Shown here piece after piece: positions 35,007-47,246 of a stretch of DNA of 64,000 bases. The stretch is taken from positions 14,912,001 through 14,976,000 of the forward strand of contig CP086569.2 in NCBI GenBank assembly GCA_009914755.4, read 5' to 3'. Positions within the stretch are counted from its first letter, which is position 1; each line of letters opens with the position of its first letter. This stretch comes from the human T2T-CHM13v2.0 reference genome, Homo sapiens. Under the pieces are notes generated by a model. That model saw only the letters and a list, made by a program, of their open reading frames with translations, was not told the origin of the DNA and made no database searches. A program made the position numbers and the translations under genes.

Positions 35007-35744
35007 TATTCCCACTGAAATTCTTATCTGGAATGAGTGTTTTTTTGACCAGTTATAACAACTGCAATCTTGATGACTGCAGTCCCATAGGATTCATTCT
35101 TGTATTTGACAAGAAATCTTGTCAAAATCTATTCATAGATGAGTCAACTTGCTTAACTGACATGAAAAAGGACTACATTTTGTCCAAACTATGATTGAAT
35201 TTAACAATAATGCTTAGTCCCGTATCATCTATTTTAATATATATTATGCTATAAAATATATCTTCAGAAATATTTAAAATGTAACCCTATCTGGTCTTTT
35301 CTCCTGACATTTGTAACACCTAATACTTCTAATAATGTAAATGTTGACAATTCTACCCTACTAGAAATCTATTATAATCTATAATTGCATCCATGTTTAC
35401 TTAATTGGAAGTCTTTAAAATTATGTAAATACTCTAAAATTTCCTTCAGTTGTTCTTAACCAGGGACAATTTTACACACACACACCCCAGCTCCATACCC
35501 CAGAAGGGTATTTGACAATGTTTGGAGAAATTTTTGTTTGTCAGGATTGAGGGTGGGGGTGCAACTGGCATTTAGTTGGTAGGTGCCAGAGATTCTGCTA
35601 ACATCCTATGATGCAGAAGACAGCCCTCTCAGGACAAAGACAATCCAGTACACATTTCAGTAATGCTGAGGTTGAAAACACACAATTTACTTTGAGTGTG
35701 TGTCTTCTGTGGATAAAACAAGTTTAATGCCTAAAAGAGATGGC

Positions 35745-36995
35745 TCTCCCTCTCCCTCTCCCTCCTCTCCGTCATCTCCTTCTCCCGCTTTCCACGGTCT
35801 CCCCCTCTCCCTCATCTCTGTCTCCCGCTTTCCACAGTCTCCTTCTGTTGCCAAGGCTGGACTGTACTGCCGCCATCTCGGCTCACTGCAACCTCCCTGC
35901 CTGATTCTCCTGCCTCAGCCTGCTGAGTGCCTGGGATTGCAGGCACGCGCCGCCACGCCTGACTGGTTTTTGTATTTTTTGGTGGAGACCGGGTTTCCCC
36001 GTGTTTGCCGGGCTGGTCTCCAGCTCCTGACCTGGAGTGATCTGCCCGCCTCGGCCTCCCGAGGTGCCGGGGTTGCAGACGGAGTCTCGCTCACTCAGTG
36101 CTCAATGTTGCCCAGGCTGGAGTGCAGTGGCATGATCTTGGCTCGCTACAACCCCCACCTCCCAGCCGCCTGCCTTGGCCTCCCGAAGTGCTGAGATTGC
36201 AGCCTCTGCCCGGCAGCCACCCCGTCTAGGAAGTGAGGAGCATCTCTGCCTGGCCACCCATCGTCTGGGATGTGAGGAGCCCCTCTGCCCGGCCGCCCAG
36301 TCTGGGAAGTGAGGAGCGCCTCTTCCCGGCCGCCACCCCGTCTAGGAAGTGAGGAGTGTCTCTGCCCCACCGCCACCCCGTCTGGGAGGTGAGGAGCATC
36401 TCCGCCCGGCCACCCCGTCTGAGAAGTGAGGAGCCCCTCTGCCCGGCGGCCACCCCATCTGGGAGGTGTACCCAACAGCCCATTGAAAACGGGCCATGAT
36501 GACGATGGCGGTTTTGTCGAATAGAAAAGGGGGAAATGTGGGGAAAAGAAAGAGAGATCAGATTGTTACTGTGTCTGTGTAAAAAGAAGTAGACATAGGG
36601 GACTTCATTTTGTTCTTCTGTACTAAGAAAAATTCTTCTGCCTTGGGATGCTGTTAATCTATGACCTTACCCCCAACCCCGTGCTCTCTGAAACAGGTGC
36701 TGTGTCCACTCAGGGTTAAATGGATTAAGGGCGGTGCAAGATGTGCTTTGTTAAACAGATGCTTGAAGGTGGCATGCTCGTTAAGAGTCATCACCACTCC
36801 CTAATCTCAAGTACCCAGGTGCACAAACACTGCGGAAGCCCGCAGGGTCCTCTGCCTAGGAAAACCAGAGACCTTTGTTCATATGTTTATCTGCTGACCT
36901 TCTCTCCACTATTGTCCTATGACCCTGCCAAATCCCCCTCTCTGAGAAACACCCAAGAATGATCAATAGATACTAAAAAATTTTTTAAAAAAAGT
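35745..36995 (+). mobile_element. SVA composite retrotransposon (short): (CCCTCT)n-like hexamers, Alu-like region, short VNTR, SINE-R, A-rich end
   Basis: 'ctctccctctccctctccctcctctcc', then antisense-Alu-like 'ccaaggctggactgtactgccgccatctcggctcactgcaacctcc...'. VNTR units follow: 'ccaccccgtctaggaagtgaggagcatctctgcc...'. The SINE-R part reads 'cccattgaaaacgggccatgatgacgatggcggttttgtcgaatagaaaagggggaaatgtgggg...ctctgagaaacacccaagaatgatcaataga' plus an A-run. Confidence 0.85.
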
Positions 36996-38369
36996 TTAAA
37001 ACATCAGAAAATACCTTGTGAAGTATATTCTTTAAAATTAAATGTTACTTATTCTGAAATATTCTACATAAATATGAATAAACTGAATGTGGAATAAGAA
37101 CAACCAGAAAACTAGTAAACTGAACACAGTAGAATTTATGAACGTGAAGGTATACTGTTTATATTCTGAATCAGAGTTTTCTAGAAAGTAATATTGTTTA
37201 TACATTTTTCCAGTATGTGGCTTCTGTTTTCCAAAACACACAGTCAAGAAGTTCTTACAAAGGCATCTCAGTTTAATGAGTTTTCAGGAAAGAAAATATT
37301 CAAGAGTTAAGCAAAACTTAATCAGAAACATTTGAGTTTTATTCAATTTCCTATAAAATGCCATATGGATTTCAAAATTAATAGTGGAATCTACATGACA
37401 AATGAGTAAGGGGTCAGTCTACTTTCTAGATATTAGGAGTACTTGTCATATGTTAAAAGAGGAACTGATGTTTCTCATGTCTAAAATTTTGATAGAATTA
37501 TTTTATCATAGAATCTAGTCTTGGTTGCTCATTGAGCTAGCATACAGCAAAGATTTCATAGGGTTTAAAATAAGAGTGTTAAAACTGGGGAACATTTTAA
37601 TCAAATCCTCATCAATAATAGGACAAATTGAAAATTATTCGCTTAGAATGTGACAGAATGCGAAGTCAAGAAGAGGGCCTCACCCCTGCACTAACTCTGG
37701 CAAATATTTGCAGTCCAGACATAATCAGGATGAAATAGCAGACAAACCCAAATGGAGGGACAGTCTGTGAAATAACTGGCTGCTACGCTTTAATTGTGCT
37801 ACAACCAGGAAAGTCAAAGAAAGATGAGGAATCAGACTGAAGGAGACTAAGAGACATGAAAACTCATGGCAGTGCATAATTCTAACTGGCTCCTTCTGCC
37901 TCAAGGCATTTAAAGGCAGTCTGACCATTAGAAGGTAGAAATACATCAGTGCCCATTTCTTGATTTTTAGGTCTTGACTGTTTCTGTGTATAATAATCCT
38001 CTTCTGGGGAAATGCATGCTAAAATATTCAGGATATGAGGTATCCGATTGGAAACTTACCCTCAGATGTCTTAGGAAAAAAGAAAGCTATTTACATTCCA
38101 TACTGAAATTTTTTGTAGGTTTTTGACTGCTTCGAAATAATATATGAGTAGCACGTCATCTCCAAATTATATATATATATAAAAATTATTGTTTCAAAGT
38201 TATGCATATATGTTTTTAAGGGGGTACCAAGTCAACCCCAATAAAACCGCATGACTCAAGAAAAAATGATGTTCAATTTATCCACACCATAGAGTTTAGA
38301 CACTAATATAAAATGTTTTCATTTAAAATTATTACCATAAAGATATCTTACCACTGAATAAGGGAGGTA

Positions 38370-38765
38370 CTTCGTAATAACTAATGATTGGAAACAACCC
38401 AAATGCCCATTAACAAAATATCGTGTAACTATATAATCATCACTTTTTAGCCACAAAGGAATGAACTACTGACAGATGCCATAAGATGGATGGACCTAAA
38501 ACCAGTATCCAGACTAATAGAAGCAATGCACAAAAAGGCCACATAGTGTATTATTACATTCATATGAAATATTTTGAATAGAGAAGTCAATAGAAACAAA
38601 GTAAATTAGTGGTTGCCCGGGGCTGCGAGAAGGCTAGGATCACTGGGGATGTTGGCTAAAAGAGATGGGATTTCTTTCTGACATGATAAAAATATTCTAC
38701 CATTGACCATGGTAATATTCACAATGTCTGTGAATACACCTGATGTGGTAAGTCTTTGTGTACTC
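38370..38765 (+). mobile_element. Ancient L1 (L1M/L1PB-like) 3' UTR end fragment
   Basis: Typical old-L1 3'-end motifs: 'ggaaacaacccaaatgcccattaacaaa', 'agtggttgcccggggctg...gaaggctaggatcactggggatg...', 'ctaccattgaccatggtaatattcacaatgtctgtgaatacac'. Confidence 0.6.
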
Positions 38766-39125
38766 ACCAAAATCTCATCTTGAATTGTAATCCCTAGGTG
38801 TTGAGGGGAGAACATAGTGGGAGGTGATTGGATCATGGGGACAGTTTCCCCCATGCTGGTTGCATGATAGTAAGTTATCACTAGATCTGATGGTTTTATA
38901 AGATTTTGGCAAGTTTCTCCTTCACTCAGTCTTTTCTCTCCTGTTACCATGTGGAGAAGGTCCACACTTCTTTGCCTTCCACCATGATTGTAAATTTCCC
39001 GAGGCCTCCCTAGCCATGCAGAACTGTGAGTCAATTAAACCTCTTTCCTTTGTAAATTATAATTTTATACATTTCTTTATAAATTATGGTATTTCTTTAT
39101 AGCAGTGTGAAAACAAGACTAACAC
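38766..39125 (+). mobile_element. MaLR (THE1/MST-type) LTR, 3' two-thirds, sense
   Basis: 'caccaaaatctcatcttgaattgtaatccctaggtgttgagggga...ccaccatgattgtaaatttcccgaggcctccctagccatgcagaactgtgagtcaattaaacctctttcctttgtaaattat...agcagtgtgaaaacaagactaacaca'. Confidence 0.7.
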
Positions 39126-40475
39126 AATACCAAACCCACAGAACTGTGCACTTTAAATGAGTGAATTAAGTGGTATACATACTCTACCACAGTAAAACCA
39201 CTGGAGAAAGGAGAGATGGGTATTCTTTTTCTTTTCTTCCCCCTTATTTCTTCAATTTTTGTCAACTACATAATGTACACTGTTAATCATTTGTACATTT
39301 TTTTGAGCGTATGTCTTGCCACTGAATGTTGCTGAACTTCCGTTCAAGTAGGAACAGACATAGTTACTGGCTATCAAATAACCCTTCCTATGTTATTATC
39401 CATGTTTTTAAAAGTTATGCATCCCAAGCTTCAATAATATGAGTGAATAAATGGAAAGGGAATTATATGTACATGGATTACATGACTCTAACATTTACAT
39501 TTGTATTTAGATATTTATTGAAGAGGGGAAATATAGTGTATTCTGTTAAATAACGTGTGCCTTTATATTGCGGTTTACAGCATTTACACATTCTCAGCAT
39601 ATGAATATTTGGAAATCTTGTAAATACTGCTTCGTTCTTGGTTTATGTGACATGTACAAAACATATTTTGTGATAGTCTGATTATTATTGGAGTCCCCCA
39701 CTAGCTTGCAGGCTCACTAAGGACAGGGTCTTTGTTGTTCAGTTTCATTAAAACAGCAAGTACTTTAAAATATTTAATGAATTATAAACATATTTCTATC
39801 TGTTTTAATCTCGTTTTTAAAAAATTCCATTGCAAGTTCTTTCCAGGCAGAGTATCTTTTGATTCTGACATTGTTCATTTACTCTTGTTTTGTCACCATC
39901 TCTGTGAATGAAATTGAACATGGATTTGATATAACTAGGAACTTGCTCTGTTTTTATAATTTAAATGAAAAATCCTTTCATTCAAATAAACACAGGCCTT
40001 CAATTAACAAATAGTTTTTGCTAACCCCTGCTGCTGCATTTTTCTCAGTAATTCTTAAGTGAGAATCATGGTAACTTCACCAATCCCTTTATGTTAAAAG
40101 CAAGGATGTTCTTACGACTGGTAAGAGGTTGCTGCAAAAGTAATTGAGGTCTGAAAGTAACGGCAAAAACCACAATTACCTTTGCACCAGTTTAATAAAA
40201 AGCAATTTATGAAATGGCCATAACAATATACGCCAAAATTGTCATTTAAAGATGTAGTGTCATATATTGAAACATAACTTGGATATTTTCCAGATTCAGT
40301 TTCAAAAACAACAAAAATAAAATATAACTGTCCCATGAACCTATTTTCATCTTTTCCAACTCTTGCCCTCTACGGATTCAATTCCATGGTTTAAATATTG
40401 ACCTCTAAACTAGTCAGCCAGTTTATCAGATTCACCTTTACAACTTAGTCAATAACTAGCCTTCAAAATAAATAG

Positions 40476-40571
40476 AAAGAAAAGAAAAGAAAAGAAAAGA
40501 AAAGAAAGAAAAGAAAAGAAAAGAAAAGAAAAGAAAAGAAAAGAAAAGAAAAGAAAAGAAAAGAAAGAAAA
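40476..40571. repeat. (AAAAG)n microsatellite, about 18 units
   Basis: 'aaagaaaagaaaagaaaagaaaagaaagaaaag...' read directly. Confidence 0.9.
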
Positions 40572-41543
40572 ACTTTCCAATGACGTTCTTAGAGCAACTG
40601 ACTAAGTCTTCTCATTCTGTCTGCACAGGTCTTTTCTCCAAGTTCAGCAGCATTTGTGTTGTAGAACAGGCACAACTGTTTTGAATTGTCACAACCACTC
40701 ACTTCCATCGAACTTGGCAGAGTGGAGCATATTCAAAGAGAAAAAAACATAGGTATCTGGTTCTGATTAGTGGTTGCAGTTTTAGAATACATCTGCTATC
40801 AGGTATGCACACACAAGGCATGGGTAAAAGCAGCTGGACACTAAGACACAATAATTATATCTAGGGCTAACTTCTGTACAGTGGAAATTCTGTATAACCA
40901 AGAGTTCTTCCAAAAATGTACCCAGGCACACACATCAATACACTGTACAAATTCTTCAGATTTAACCTGGATACAATAAAACTTGAAGATGACCGACAGA
41001 ATTGTGTATTCCTTTGTTATTTAAATATCTGAACATCTAATATTTCTTGGTCAGTTTCAGGTAAAAAGCTACATTAATAATGTGGTTTAAATATGACATA
41101 ATAATCTGAGAAAAAACTGTGGCATATTTTAATAAAACTTTCTATTGACAATGCTAATCCATGTAACACTGAAGTGTTCCTCTCCAAAAATTCAGGATCT
41201 TTTATTGCTGAAAGGTTAATCACTACAGGGGAACATCATGACACCCAGTGACCAAAGACTTTCAATGCTGCATAAATTCTTGTGTCTTCTGTTCTTTATC
41301 ACACTTATAAATTAATTTGTTGATAAGCTAAATCATTTATGTATTGAAATATGTATTACTGAAATAGGTAATGTGTTCATGAATGCTTTTATATTTTTAC
41401 ATGTGTGCGTGAAAACTATTTCTGAAATTTGAAAACTGCAGATGCTAATGTGGTTTGTGTGGATATGTGGCATCTGCCTCAACATAACCATATGAATGTA
41501 TTTCTTAAACACATATACTCATTTACAAAGAATCTCCTATTCT

Positions 41544-41796
41544 GGCCGGGCGCAATGGCTCATGCCTGTAATCCCAGCACTTTGGGAGGCCGAGGTGGGC
41601 GGATCACGAGGTCAGGAGATCCAGACCATCCTGGCTAACAGGGTGAAACCCTGTCTCTGCTAAAAATACAAAAATATTAGCCGGGCGTGGTGGCGGGTGC
41701 CTGTAGTCCCAGCTACCCGGGAGGCAGAGCTTGCAGTGAGCCGAGATCATGCCACTGCACTCCAGCCTGGGCGACAGAGCGAGATGCCGTCTCAGG

Positions 41797-41827
<31 letters not shown>
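41544..41827 (+). mobile_element. AluY-like SINE with an internal deletion in the right monomer and an A31 tail
   Basis: 'ggccgggcgcaatggctcatgcctgtaatcccagcactttgggaggccgaggtgggcggatcacgaggtcaggagatccagaccatcctggctaacagggtgaaaccctgtctctgctaaaaatacaaaaa...cccgggaggcagagcttgcagtgagccgagatcatgccactgcactccagcctgggcgacagagcgagatgccgtctcagg' plus poly-A. Confidence 0.9.
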
Positions 41828-41829
<2 letters not shown>

Positions 41830-42369
41830 GAAACAAAGAATCTCCTAGTCTATACTCATGATTACAACACATTCTGTGCTAGCCCACTTTTTTTCCTTTT
41901 GAAAAAGCCGTCAAAGGAAAATAAAATGAATCATTTAACTTGTTGAGCTAATAATGGACATGGACCTTATTTACGTCAACATGTTAGGCAGGACATTGCA
42001 TGATAAGAAGGAGGACTTTATGACAGGTAAGTTTATTTATACCTGTGCTGCTTCCCTTTCATTGGCCAATTTTACTTATTTCCCTCCGTGATTTAATTAC
42101 TACTATAAACCCGGGAAGCTATATAGTAGTAGTGGTGAAAGAGAAGTTCAGATTCCAACCTTGTCACATAATTAATTTGTAACTTTCAGCAAGTTCTTTA
42201 AGCTCCTGAAATTCAAGTATCTTTATGTGAAATGAGATTATTCTTTATTTGAAATATAAAAAAAATTCCTACCTACTCCCTTTGTTGTGAAGATTCTCTA
42301 CCCTCTGCATATGCATATACCTTTATATATCCATAAAGTGGCTAGCACAGGGCTTGCAGGTTTTTGTTT

Positions 42370-42610
42370 GTTTCTTTGTTTGTTTTGACACAAGCTCTCA
42401 CTCTGCCATCCAGGCTGGAGAGCAGTGGCATGGTCATAGCCCACTGCAGCTTCTACTTTCTGGGCCCAAGCGACATTCCCACCTTAGCCTGCCAAGAAGC
42501 TGGGACCAAAGGTAAGTGCATCCACCTGCAGCTTATAATACTTTTTTTGTAGTGAAGGGGTCTCACTAGGTTGTCCAGGCTGGTCTCAAACTCCTAGCTT
42601 CAAGCAGTCC
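42370..42610 (-). mobile_element. Old, diverged Alu (AluJ/S-like), antisense
   Basis: 'ctctcactctgccatccaggctggagagcagtggcatggtcatagcccactgcagcttc...cccaccttagcctgccaagaagctgggacc...tttttgtagtgaaggggtctcactaggttgtccaggctggtctcaaactcctagcttcaagcagtcc'. Confidence 0.75.
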
Positions 42611-42649
42611 TTCAATATGTTGATAACCGCTTATTTGCAATCCAACCAA

Positions 42650-45600
42650 AAATGCCTCAGACCTAAATACTATTACAACTCTTTGGACATTGGCTCCTTG
42701 TGGGTATAAAGTGTCTCCTTCCAAAGCTCAAATCTTCTCTCAGGAGGTTTGATTCTTGAGACTAACATTCATCCCAGGGCCCAAGGATCTCTCAGACCAC
42801 CGCAAAAATCTTATGCTAAACGTGGACATTCCATCCACTAAACATCAGTTGTAGTCCTTTCTTCGAATGGTAGGTTTCTGTCACATTTGGACAACCCGGT
42901 TAGGACTTATAGCAAAACCTCTTTATGGGGCACTGCAAGGATCGGCGGGGGGGAGCTCTTAAATTGGAGCCTTGAAATGGACAGTGTTCTAAAAACCCTC
43001 AAACAAGCCCACGCCCTGGCCTTGCCAGATCTTACAAAGCATCTTTACTTGTTCATAGTTGAGAGAAGGGATACAGCCCTTGGAGTCCTCACTCAGCCAC
43101 TGGGACCCTCCCAGTGGCCAGCTAGTTACTTGTCAAAAAAAAGGCATGGGGATGGCTGCCATGCCTCTGAGTGCTAGTGTGTGTGGCTCTCCTGGTTGTG
43201 GAGGCCTCCGAGCTAATTCTGGGCCAAGCAATAACTGTCTACACCCCACATCAAGTAATGAATGTCCTAAACTCAAAGGCCTTTCACTGGATCTCACAGA
43301 GCCATATAAGCAAATTTCCAACACTCCTTCTACAGGTACCAGAATTGAGTATTAGGCTCTGCCAACCCTTAATGCTGGCATGCTGTTACCAAACCCAAAT
43401 GTGGAGAGGCCACTTTAACATTCTTGCTTGGAAACCATAGATCTAACCTGTAATGTTAGACCAGACCTCCAGGATATTCCCCTTATAGATTCAGAGGCCA
43501 CACGGTACACAGATGGCAGTAGCTTTATGATAGGTGGAACCCAACTGTCAGGGTATGCTACTATTAACCTAACTGAAATCACAGAATCTGGACCTCTGCC
43601 AGGAAGTAGCACCTCAGCCCAAAAGGCTGAGCTCATTGCTCTTACCTGTGCCTTACAATTAGGGGCAGGCCTGAGGCTTAATATTTACACAGACTCAGCC
43701 TATGTCTATCATGCAGTGCATGCCCATGCAGCCATTTGGCAGGAAAGAGGACTTTTAATGGCCTGAAATACTTCCATTAAATGTGTTCCTGAAATCATGG
43801 CCCCGTTGGAGGCAGCTATGCTTCCCCCACAGGTCACTATCATTCACTGCAAAGCCCATCAGAGAAGCAATGATGAAATCTCTATCGGGAACACCTGGGC
43901 TGACAAATAAGTAAAAGTGGCTGCCAGGTCACCCTTTCAGGCTGTCTTCATTCCTAGCCTAACTTCCCTGTCTCCACACTATAAAGAGGGGGAAGCCCAA
44001 AAAGCTCTAGAAAGAGGTTTCTCCCATACCTCAGAGGGCTGGCTAAAAAGTCCTAATGGCAAACTCTTGCTCCCAGGAGCCTCACAATTGAAGTTTCTAA
44101 ATAGCGTATACCAATCAACTCATCTAGGGGCTAAGGCCTTCCAAGATCTAATAAAGTCACTGTTCACCAGCACGGGGATAGCCCAAGCTCTATGAGCCAT
44201 CTCACAGGCATGTCCCACCTGAGGCCAAATAAACCCAGAGGGAGGACACAAACCTCCCCAAATCCTTCAACCCATTCTAAGAGAGGAACCCTACCCCGAG
44301 AAGACTGGCAAATATATTTTACACACATGCATCATGCAATGTGTGTATTTGTTAGTCAGGTATTTGTTAGTCTTTGTAGACACCTTCACTGGATGGATAA
44401 AGGCCCTTCCCGCCAAAACTGCATGGGCCTCAGAAGTCACCTCAGCCCTTTTAGACCGCATTCTTCCTTGTTTTAGGCTCCCTCATGCCCTACAGTCAGA
44501 CAATGGCCCCACTTTCATTTCTTAAAATGAGGGACCCTAGGTCCCTCCCATAACGCGTCAGAATTCTGAGAGATACAAGTCAAGTTGACATTTCGGTGGA
44601 GACACAGCCAAACCATATCAAGCTACGTGAAGGTAAAACCAGGTACGATGGGTGTTCACTTGATTTTTGGTTCTCATGAAATTTCATTTCATTTTTTCTC
44701 TACGAACACTACAAAACTTAGCCAGCTCTGGTGGTGCACACTTGTAATCCCAGCTACTCGGGAGGCTGGGGCAAGAGAAGCACTTGAACCGAGGAGGTGG
44801 ATGTTATAGTGAACCGAGATGGTGACACTGCACTCCAGCCTGGGCCTGAACAACAGTGTGAGATGAGAATCTGTCAAAAAAAAAAAAAAAAAAAGAAAAA
44901 AGAAAAAAATAATTTTTTTGTTTTTTTCAGAGAATCAGTGAAGCTCTCCAGATCAAATATTATCTGCATGCGTCTTGACGTCCACAATCTTCTGGGAAGG
45001 CGGAGACAGCCAATCAAACCAGAAAAAGCACCTCACAAAGTTAACACATGAAACCCAACAGTTATGGTCAACTTTGCCCCCCATTGTACTCTTAAGAGCC
45101 TGTATCACCGCAAAATGTGAAGCCCATCTAGCCCTTTCGAGATTCTCTTTGGAATCTCTTTGGAAGATCTTTCTTCCAAACTGACCTTTTGTTAGACCCA
45201 AAGAGACATTATCTCATACAGTATGTTATGTCCCTGGGACAAACCATCAAGGCCATCAATCATTATCAAAGTCTTCATAGCCCAACACCTGGCCCCTCTT
45301 TTTCAGGAAACACTCACCCTAACCTTATGCCTGAAGACTAGGTATATCTTAAAACTCTCCCACAGGACAAAAAGCCACTGGAGCCAGCGTGGACTGGACC
45401 ATACCAAGTTCTCCTTATGACCCCGACAGCTGTTCAACTCAAACATCAAGTGGATTTACTGCTCCAGGGTCAAGGTGGCACCAGCACCCCACAAAGAACG
45501 CACTACCTACACCTGTGAACCAGTTGGAGACGTTTGTCTATTGTTCAGGAGGGACTCAAACTCAGGCAATATCCGCCTTAATACTTAGAAGAAGCAAAAG

Positions 45601-45650
45601 CAGAAACCCCTGGTAAATCCATCAGATCCCATGAGACTTACTCACTATCA
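42650..45650 (+). mobile_element. Class I (gammaretrovirus-like) endogenous retrovirus internal fragment: pol RT-connection, RNase H, integrase. Degenerate, with nested insertions.
   Basis: Translated segments align to the MLV-type Pol I know from memory: 'ALALPDLTKHLYLFIVERRDTALGVLTQPLGP...ASYLSKK' versus MLV '[43 protein letters not shown]'. RNase H: 'YTDGSS...[15 protein letters not shown]...NIYTDSAY'. 'HCKAHQRSNDEISIGNTWADK' versus MLV '[21 protein letters not shown]'. Integrase core: 'LLVFVDTFTGWIKALPAKT...LQSDNGPTFIS'. C-terminal 'WTGPYQVLLMTPTAVQLK'. Confidence 0.75.
44538..44680 (-). repeat. ~140-bp unit, copy 1 (MaLR LTR edge plus adjacent internal sequence), inserted inside the ERV integrase region together with a partial Alu at 44718..44915
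   Basis: 'tccctcccataacgcgtcagaattctgagagatacaagtcaagttgacatttcggtggagacacagccaaaccatatcaagctacgtgaaggtaaaaccaggtacgatgggtgttcacttgatttttggttctcatgaa'. Confidence 0.6.
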
Positions 45651-45697
45651 GGAGATTAGCACAGGAAAGACCGGCCCCCATGATTCAATTACCTCCC

Positions 45698-45840
45698 TCT
45701 AGGTCCCTCCCATAACACGTCGGAATTCTGGGAGATACAAATCAAGTTGAGATTTTGGTGGGGACACAGCCAAACCATATCAAGCTACGTGAAGTTAAAA
45801 CCAGGTACTATGGGTGTTCACTTGATTTTTGGTTCTCATG
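45698..45840 (-). repeat. ~140-bp unit, copy 2. Near-identical to 44538..44680 and lies immediately after the ERV fragment ends.
   Basis: 'tccctcccataacacgtcggaattctgggagatacaaatcaagttgagattttggtggggacacagccaaaccatatcaagctacgtgaagttaaaaccaggtactatgggtgttcacttgatttttggttctcatgaag'. About 90% identical to copy 1 by eye. Confidence 0.6.
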
Positions 45841-46384
45841 AAGATGTTTTTTTCTGTGTAGATAGTTGTTAAATTGGTGTCCTTGGTGGGGGGTCAGGGG
45901 GACAATCAGTGAAGCATTCTGTTCCGTCGTCTTTCTCCTCCTGTAGATCTGTAGTATATTTTGAAATATACCTTTGTAGTATATTTTGAAGTCAGGTAGT
46001 GCGATGCCTCCTTGTGTGTTCTTCTATGGGCCCAGTTTCTGGAGTCCTAAAGCAATTACAATAATAACATCAAAGATCACTGATCAGAAATCATCATAAC
46101 AGATATAATCATGATGGAAAAGTTGGAAATATTGTGAGAATTACCAAAATGTGACACAGGGACATGAAGTGGGCACATGCTGTTGGAAAAATGACACTGA
46201 CATGCTTGACGGTTGCCAGAAAACTTTAATTTATAAAAAACACACAATATCTATAAACACAAAAATGTGCATCACAATAAAATGAGGTCGACCTGTACCT
46301 GCCAGTACCCAGGTAATTAGTTTACTAGGAATAAGTAATAATAGCTAGAAAAACTAGTTAAATACAGAAATTAAAAAAAAAAAA

Positions 46385-47215
46385 ACAACTGTCTTCTCAG
46401 GACACAAAAACATGGAAAGATAGTCCAGGCTTATAGATTGACAGGATTAATATTGTATAATTCACAATACTCACCAAAGCGATTAACAGATTAAATGCAA
46501 GCCCTACCAAACTACCAAAGACATTCTTCACAGAAACAGGAAAAAACTTATAATATTCATAGGAAACCATAAAATACCTCAAATAGCCAAAGCAATCCTG
46601 AGCAAAAAGTGAAAAGCTGGAAGCAGCACACTACCTGACTTCAAAATTTTACGACAAAGCTATAGTGAACCAAGCAGCATGGTACCGGCTTAAAAACAGA
46701 CACAGAGACAAATGGAGCAGAATAGAGAACCTGATATAAAGCCACATGCTTACAACCAACTCAACTTCAACAAAGACAAAAAGAACATATGATGCTGAAA
46801 AGACCAACATTTCAATAAATAGCACTAGGAAAGCTGGATGAGTATATGCAGAAGAATGAAACTAGATTCCTCTCTTTCACCACACACAAAAAGCAAATCA
46901 AAAATGGATTAAAGACTTGAATCTGGCTGGGAGTGGTGGCTCACGCCTGTAATCCTAGCACTTTGGGTGGCCGAGGTGAGTGGGTCACTTGAGGTCAGGG
47001 GTTCGAGACCAGCCTGGCCAGTATGGTGAAACCCGTCTCTATGAAAACTACAAAACTTAGCCAGCTGTGGTGGTGCACACTTGTAATCCCAGCTACTCGG
47101 GAGGCTGGGGCACGAGAATCACTTGAACCGTGGAGGTGGATGTTATGGTGAGCAGAGATGGTGACACTGCACTCCAGCCTGGGCCTGAACAACAGAGTGA
47201 GATGAGACTCTGTCA

Positions 47216-47246
<31 letters not shown>

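Noticed and set aside
42887-44525. ORFs of 60-110 aa with retroviral RT, RNase H and integrase similarity as a possible intact provirus or domesticated gene
   Set aside because: The homology is spread over all three frames with many stops. There is no gag or env, and no LTR pair. Alu and MaLR pieces are nested inside it, so it is a decayed ERV fragment.
44538-45840. Two 140-bp direct repeats bracketing ~1 kb as a possible LTR pair of a small retroelement
   Set aside because: Each copy is only the terminal ~80 bp of a MaLR LTR (antisense) plus ~60 bp of adjacent sequence. The bracketed DNA is a continuation of the gamma-ERV integrase, not an element with its own structure. They are more likely duplicated or fragmented MaLR debris.
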